64,000 nt of DNA from Nemertoderma westbladi (taxonomy: Eukaryota > Animalia > Xenacoelomorpha), in NCBI GenBank assembly GCA_032718475.1, contig JAUCBJ010002320.1:10749-74748 (forward strand). The letters are read 5' to 3'. The notes under the pieces are model-generated. The model had not been told where the DNA came from, made no database searches, and saw nothing but the letters and a program-made list of their open reading frames with translations. Positions 61,001-64,000 of the stretch are shown one piece after another (position 1 is the stretch's first letter; each line of letters starts with the position of its first letter). A program made the position numbers and the translations under genes.

Positions 61001-64000
61001 GTGTAGAAACTCCAGGGCTGAATTATAATCAGGATTACTATGCATTATATCATCGCAGTAGAGACTGGCAGTGAGTAATTGAAAGAAGTCTAAACTGGCA
61101 TTCTCTTTAACATGTCCAAGAATTGTAGAGTGCAGCTCAAAGGGACTAGAAGTGAGTCCGAAAGGTGTGAAAATAAACTGATATGCTTTACCATCCCAGA
61201 TAAACTTTGTCCATTGTCGATCATCAGGATCTAGTTCAATCTGGTGGAAAGCTGCAGCAACATCAGCAACCACAACATACTGATGAAGGCGGTAACGGAG
61301 CAGAACATCGACCAAAGAGGCCAATAAGTTGGGCCCTGGATCGAGACATGAGTTAAGACTGATACCCTTGGCATCCTGAGCAGAGCCATTAAAGACTACT
61401 CGACGTTTCTCTTTACGAATTGCAAGGTGGTGAGATAAGTAAAACCCAGTATGCTGTGGAGTAGTTGCGAGTTCGATGACCCCATCAGCCTGAAGTTTAA
61501 CCATCTTCTCGTTATATATTGCCCAGTCATTAGGAGAGAGGCGGGCGAGAAGTCGTGGTTGTATAGCAGCAACTCTAGAGAAATTACATTGGGGCCTGCG
61601 ATGTCCAATGAATGGAAGCTGCACTCGGTAGTGTGGTGGTCGATCAGGGGACCGGGTGGGTGGGGGAAGTTCCGGAGGGGAAACATCCTGAACTCGAATG
61701 CCAACTGAGTCCAAATCCCATATTTGTTGAAGATCAGAGAGGTCACTAATGGCTAGAATTGGTGAGGGAGAGCCAACAGCACGTTGACTATAATAAGGTC
61801 CAGAAAAGAGACGACCAAAGTAAGTCTCAACAACTATAGGACAATCTGAATAGCCGACAGTGTGACCTGTAACATTCAAAATTTGGTCGGCACCAATATT
61901 AAGAGCAATATCCCGTTCTCCACCATCAAAATTATCAGCCCAATGGCCGAAGTTAGCAATGGTGGGAGGCAGAGTGGAGAGATATTCTTGTCGCATGGTA
62001 GGACATAGTTTTTCAGCAGTCCATGCTGTAAGAGTAACAGGTTCTGAGAAATACTGACTGAATAATTGAAACTGAACGAGAGAACGTTCTTCTGTGGTCA
62101 TTGTATCGTCAAACGAACCTGTAGTCATTGTCCGTGTTTCAAGACATGGTAACTTATAGTCACGAACAAAGGAAGTTTTAATATAGGACCGTTTGGATCC
62201 ATCATCGAGGTAGACATAAATCCAACAACCAGAATCTGGTCTAGACCCGGGTGAAGTTAGATATGCACGAGCCAGTTTTACAAAGACTTTGCAATCTGTG
62301 TGAGTCTGTTCAGGCCGAACCTGTAGCACAGATAGTACAGTTGAATTGCCAGGATTACCTGTATTCGGGATATAGACGCTACTGGAAGGGGGAACAGAGG
62401 GTACAGGAATAGTGTTTAACTTATTGTGTGAGGGTACTGGAGACAATGTGGAACCAGATTGTTGAACACCAGAATGACCCCTATTAGTTCGATTATGAAG
62501 TGAAGACTTCGAGAAACACAGTAGTGTATGGTGACGCCTATCGCAGTTAGTACATTGGCGTTTGGATTGACAGTCACTGACAGGGTGTAGACCAAAGCAG
62601 TTAATACACTGTAGAGCAGAGCGTACAATAGTAGCACGTGCTGAAGGTGTTTTAGCCAAAAAGGTAGCACAATTTTTATATAAATGGGCTGGAGCATGAC
62701 AAGCAGGACATTTGGACACTGACTCACTCACAGGAAGTGCAACCGAAGTACCAGTTTGGCCACGAGGAGTAAACCCACGGGCATGTGCAGTGTTGTAGTT
62801 CGGAGGTGCTGGAATCGTAATTGATGCTGTACGAGCAGATCTAGAGTTAGAGTTTAATGTAAAGAGAAGCGATTCTTGCGATTCCAGTTCCGTAAATACA
62901 AACTTTAGTAGACTATCGAGGTTAAACCGCTCATCGAGGCTGTTTCTATTCCACAACAGAACAGTTTCGTGTGGAAGTTTCTGGAGCAGAAGTGGTGCCA
63001 GGATAAGCGAGGTTATATCTGTAGATGGCGCATTAGTTGCAGTGGAAGGGTTTATTTCCAATGCGAGTTGACGGATTTGTTGAAGGGCTTCATCGAAGGA
63101 GTCCATTGTTTGTCGGAAGCAACGGACATCATTATCCTTGATCTTAGGCAATGAACAAAGAACACTGGAGTATAAACCAATAAGCAAATAAGGGTTGCCA
63201 TATCGGCGTTTTAGTCGTGTAAGTGCGACAGCGTAGTTAGAGGACGAAATTGAGAGGCCCGATAATGCCTCTTTAGCCTCACCTTCGAGGCAACTCTTGA
63301 GATAAACAAATTTCTGTACCTCAGGAAGTTTGGCCCTATCGTGTATGAGAGCCTTAAACTGTTCCCAGAAAGGACGCCAGTTGAGATATTCCCCCCCAAA
63401 GGAAGGAACAGTTATTTTCGGTAAACCGTGAGTAGGATCATCCGAATGATTTGGCGATGAACATCCGGAGCTGCTGTGGTTAGACCTGTTGGAAGAATAA
63501 TTATTGTCAATGCGTGAGAGTAGTCTCCGAGTTTTAAAGAGAGCCTTATGTAGGTCGCGTTCGTATGGAGTGGAGGAGGAGTCATGAAATCCCAACTCGA
63601 GGAGTTCCGATTCGATTTCGTTTAGACTCTGCTGCTGTCGTTCCGCGAGTTCTATTTGGTAGGCGAGGTCATCCGCAACAACTGTTTTCTCATCCATTAC
63701 GCGAAAAGACTCGAGTTCTGTTATTATGGTACGAGTTTTGCAACATTCAGCAGCACGGCGTCTCTGAAGTGCTTTGATCCGGGGATCCAGTGTATCCTCA
63801 TCTGAGTGATCAGCTATTAGAGTTTCCTCACTGTAATCGTCAGCATCTCTATTAGAAGCCATATAGACGAGAATCCGGTTCGAAGAATGTGTGGACTGTA
63901 TATGTGTATAAAATGAAGAGTAGGTAAACTCCAACTATCACGGACCCGAGCATATATAATAATAAAATATATATATAGATCAGTTGTAGATACCGGTATA
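58020..64000 (-). mobile_element. BEL/Pao LTR retrotransposon, 5' LTR running off the window
   Basis: 3' LTR at 58020-58386. The 5' LTR starts at 63888 and is identical over the visible 113 bp. G-rich PPT at ~58387-58395 and a tRNA-Tyr-like PBS. Confidence 0.96.
58418..63862 (-). CDS. BEL/Pao gag-pol polyprotein, intact
   Basis: FGGEYLNWRPFWEQF gag, three Cys/His knuckles, protease LDDGS, RT YCDD, RNase H FCDAS/WSDS, integrase IDFFGP, SDNA and WE. Likely ATG at 63862 just after the PBS. Confidence 0.96.
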   Translation of the reverse strand: MASNRDADDYSEETLIADHSDEDTLDPRIKALQRRRAAECCKTRTIITELESFRVMDEKTVVADDLAYQIELAERQQQSLNEIESELLELGFHDSSSTPYERDLHKALFKTRRLLSRIDNNYSSNRSNHSSSGCSSPNHSDDPTHGLPKITVPSFGGEYLNWRPFWEQFKALIHDRAKLPEVQKFVYLKSCLEGEAKEALSGLSISSSNYAVALTRLKRRYGNPYLLIGLYSSVLCSLPKIKDNDVRCFRQTMDSFDEALQQIRQLALEINPSTATNAPSTDITSLILAPLLLQKLPHETVLLWNRNSLDERFNLDSLLKFVFTELESQESLLFTLNSNSRSARTASITIPAPPNYNTAHARGFTPRGQTGTSVALPVSESVSKCPACHAPAHLYKNCATFLAKTPSARATIVRSALQCINCFGLHPVSDCQSKRQCTNCDRRHHTLLCFSKSSLHNRTNRGHSGVQQSGSTLSPVPSHNKLNTIPVPSVPPSSSVYIPNTGNPGNSTVLSVLQVRPEQTHTDCKVFVKLARAYLTSPGSRPDSGCWIYVYLDDGSKRSYIKTSFVRDYKLPCLETRTMTTGSFDDTMTTEERSLVQFQLFSQYFSEPVTLTAWTAEKLCPTMRQEYLSTLPPTIANFGHWADNFDGGERDIALNIGADQILNVTGHTVGYSDCPIVVETYFGRLFSGPYYSQRAVGSPSPILAISDLSDLQQIWDLDSVGIRVQDVSPPELPPPTRSPDRPPHYRVQLPFIGHRRPQCNFSRVAAIQPRLLARLSPNDWAIYNEKMVKLQADGVIELATTPQHTGFYLSHHLAIRKEKRRVVFNGSAQDAKGISLNSCLDPGPNLLASLVDVLLRYRLHQYVVVADVAAAFHQIELDPDDRQWTKFIWDGKAYQFIFTPFGLTSSPFELHSTILGHVKENASLDFFQLLTASLYCDDIMHSNPDYNSALEFLHSAIEILAGAGMTLKVVNCPDRVLGVPWNTITDSLSVNTSDLPTPTLFTRREIVQISAQVYDPLGIVAPWVLQARILLQRAWILTKSWDDKLPLELQQCWSRWVSESSAVFSIPRCINFQKDGTDFHIFCDASSYAYAFSVYAVQPGSLPILYFCKARAAPVKRSVKKSSLSVPRLELMAALLGARFSKHIRTDIVQPRCIFLWSDSQCTLVWIRKGLAKRDVFVSNRLTEIASLTEPQQWRFIPGTLNPADIPSRGCGKSDLCNNSLYLHGPPFLTQPICYWPVEPLPPPQLATIEPVAPLSNWDILDLSKYSSLENPVRVLSWVHRYINNIRQKSDTDRKTGPLSGSEMDSSLRLLIQVEQRRFYNDDLHHLETHSAVSSQSPLKLLHPAIKGKVLVLVPRTGEPPLPIIPRYSHLATLLVRKYHSCLMHQGAEATLALLRSRYWIPHGRSLVRHIIFNCSSCKRYRATPYHTSESALPSFRSQALVPFQTTGIDFFGPLFLKDGTKRLCLLCTCASSRAVHLELVLNGSSPITQLAIRRFLARRVRPLTTVNFRSDNAKTFLKLSAMRFPSHFITWTFIPVRSPHWGGWWECLVRSVKMSIKITCHSRTLTEPELATVITEAEAVVNLHPLTAVSSDPDDCHPLTPSHFLYGSPPIDSVADPATIDSTQLSRANLFRDQLACKFWRQWSTQYLASLRSWRTAASESPKSVPAVGDLVLVRRANLKGGYLPRGQWPLARVTTVLPSHDGQPRAVELSLHGRVTTSAVHLLVPLECDSHLSNQGFIQGDDLMVNQPATSIRGGNDLSVNNSVPLNHGGAAVPQSTTPTKQLTQVVNHVPTSASLVSFFGRTIRKPDRFRD

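Overview
This is AT-rich animal genomic DNA with GT-AG introns, in three parts. (1) Positions 1-17153 hold the right-hand ~17 kb of an integrated, decaying Polinton/Maverick (adintovirus-like endogenous virus). On + it carries protein-primed PolB with one frameshift. On - it carries the A32 ATPase, a PW-like core protein, RVE integrase, penton, a truncated major capsid protein and an adenain protease, plus a DEDD-like nuclease and a RING gene. It ends in an ACTACT terminus. Directly after PolB lies a gene that reconstructs to a ~183-aa two-repeat TATA-binding-protein (TBP)-like protein once a 1629-bp Helentron-type insertion and a 213-bp tandem duplication are removed. This is the most striking observation in the window. 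(2) A 9-exon host DEG/ENaC/ASIC-family channel gene (17233-57042, ~555 aa, frame intact) starts 80 bp from the Polinton end. Its introns hold nested Gypsy, L2, RTE and Penelope relics, a foldback carrying hammerhead ribozyme motifs, a young Mag-type LTR element and satellites. (3) An intact-ORF BEL/Pao LTR retrotransposon runs from 58020 past the window end. All family assignments come from motifs recognised by eye; no database searches were run.
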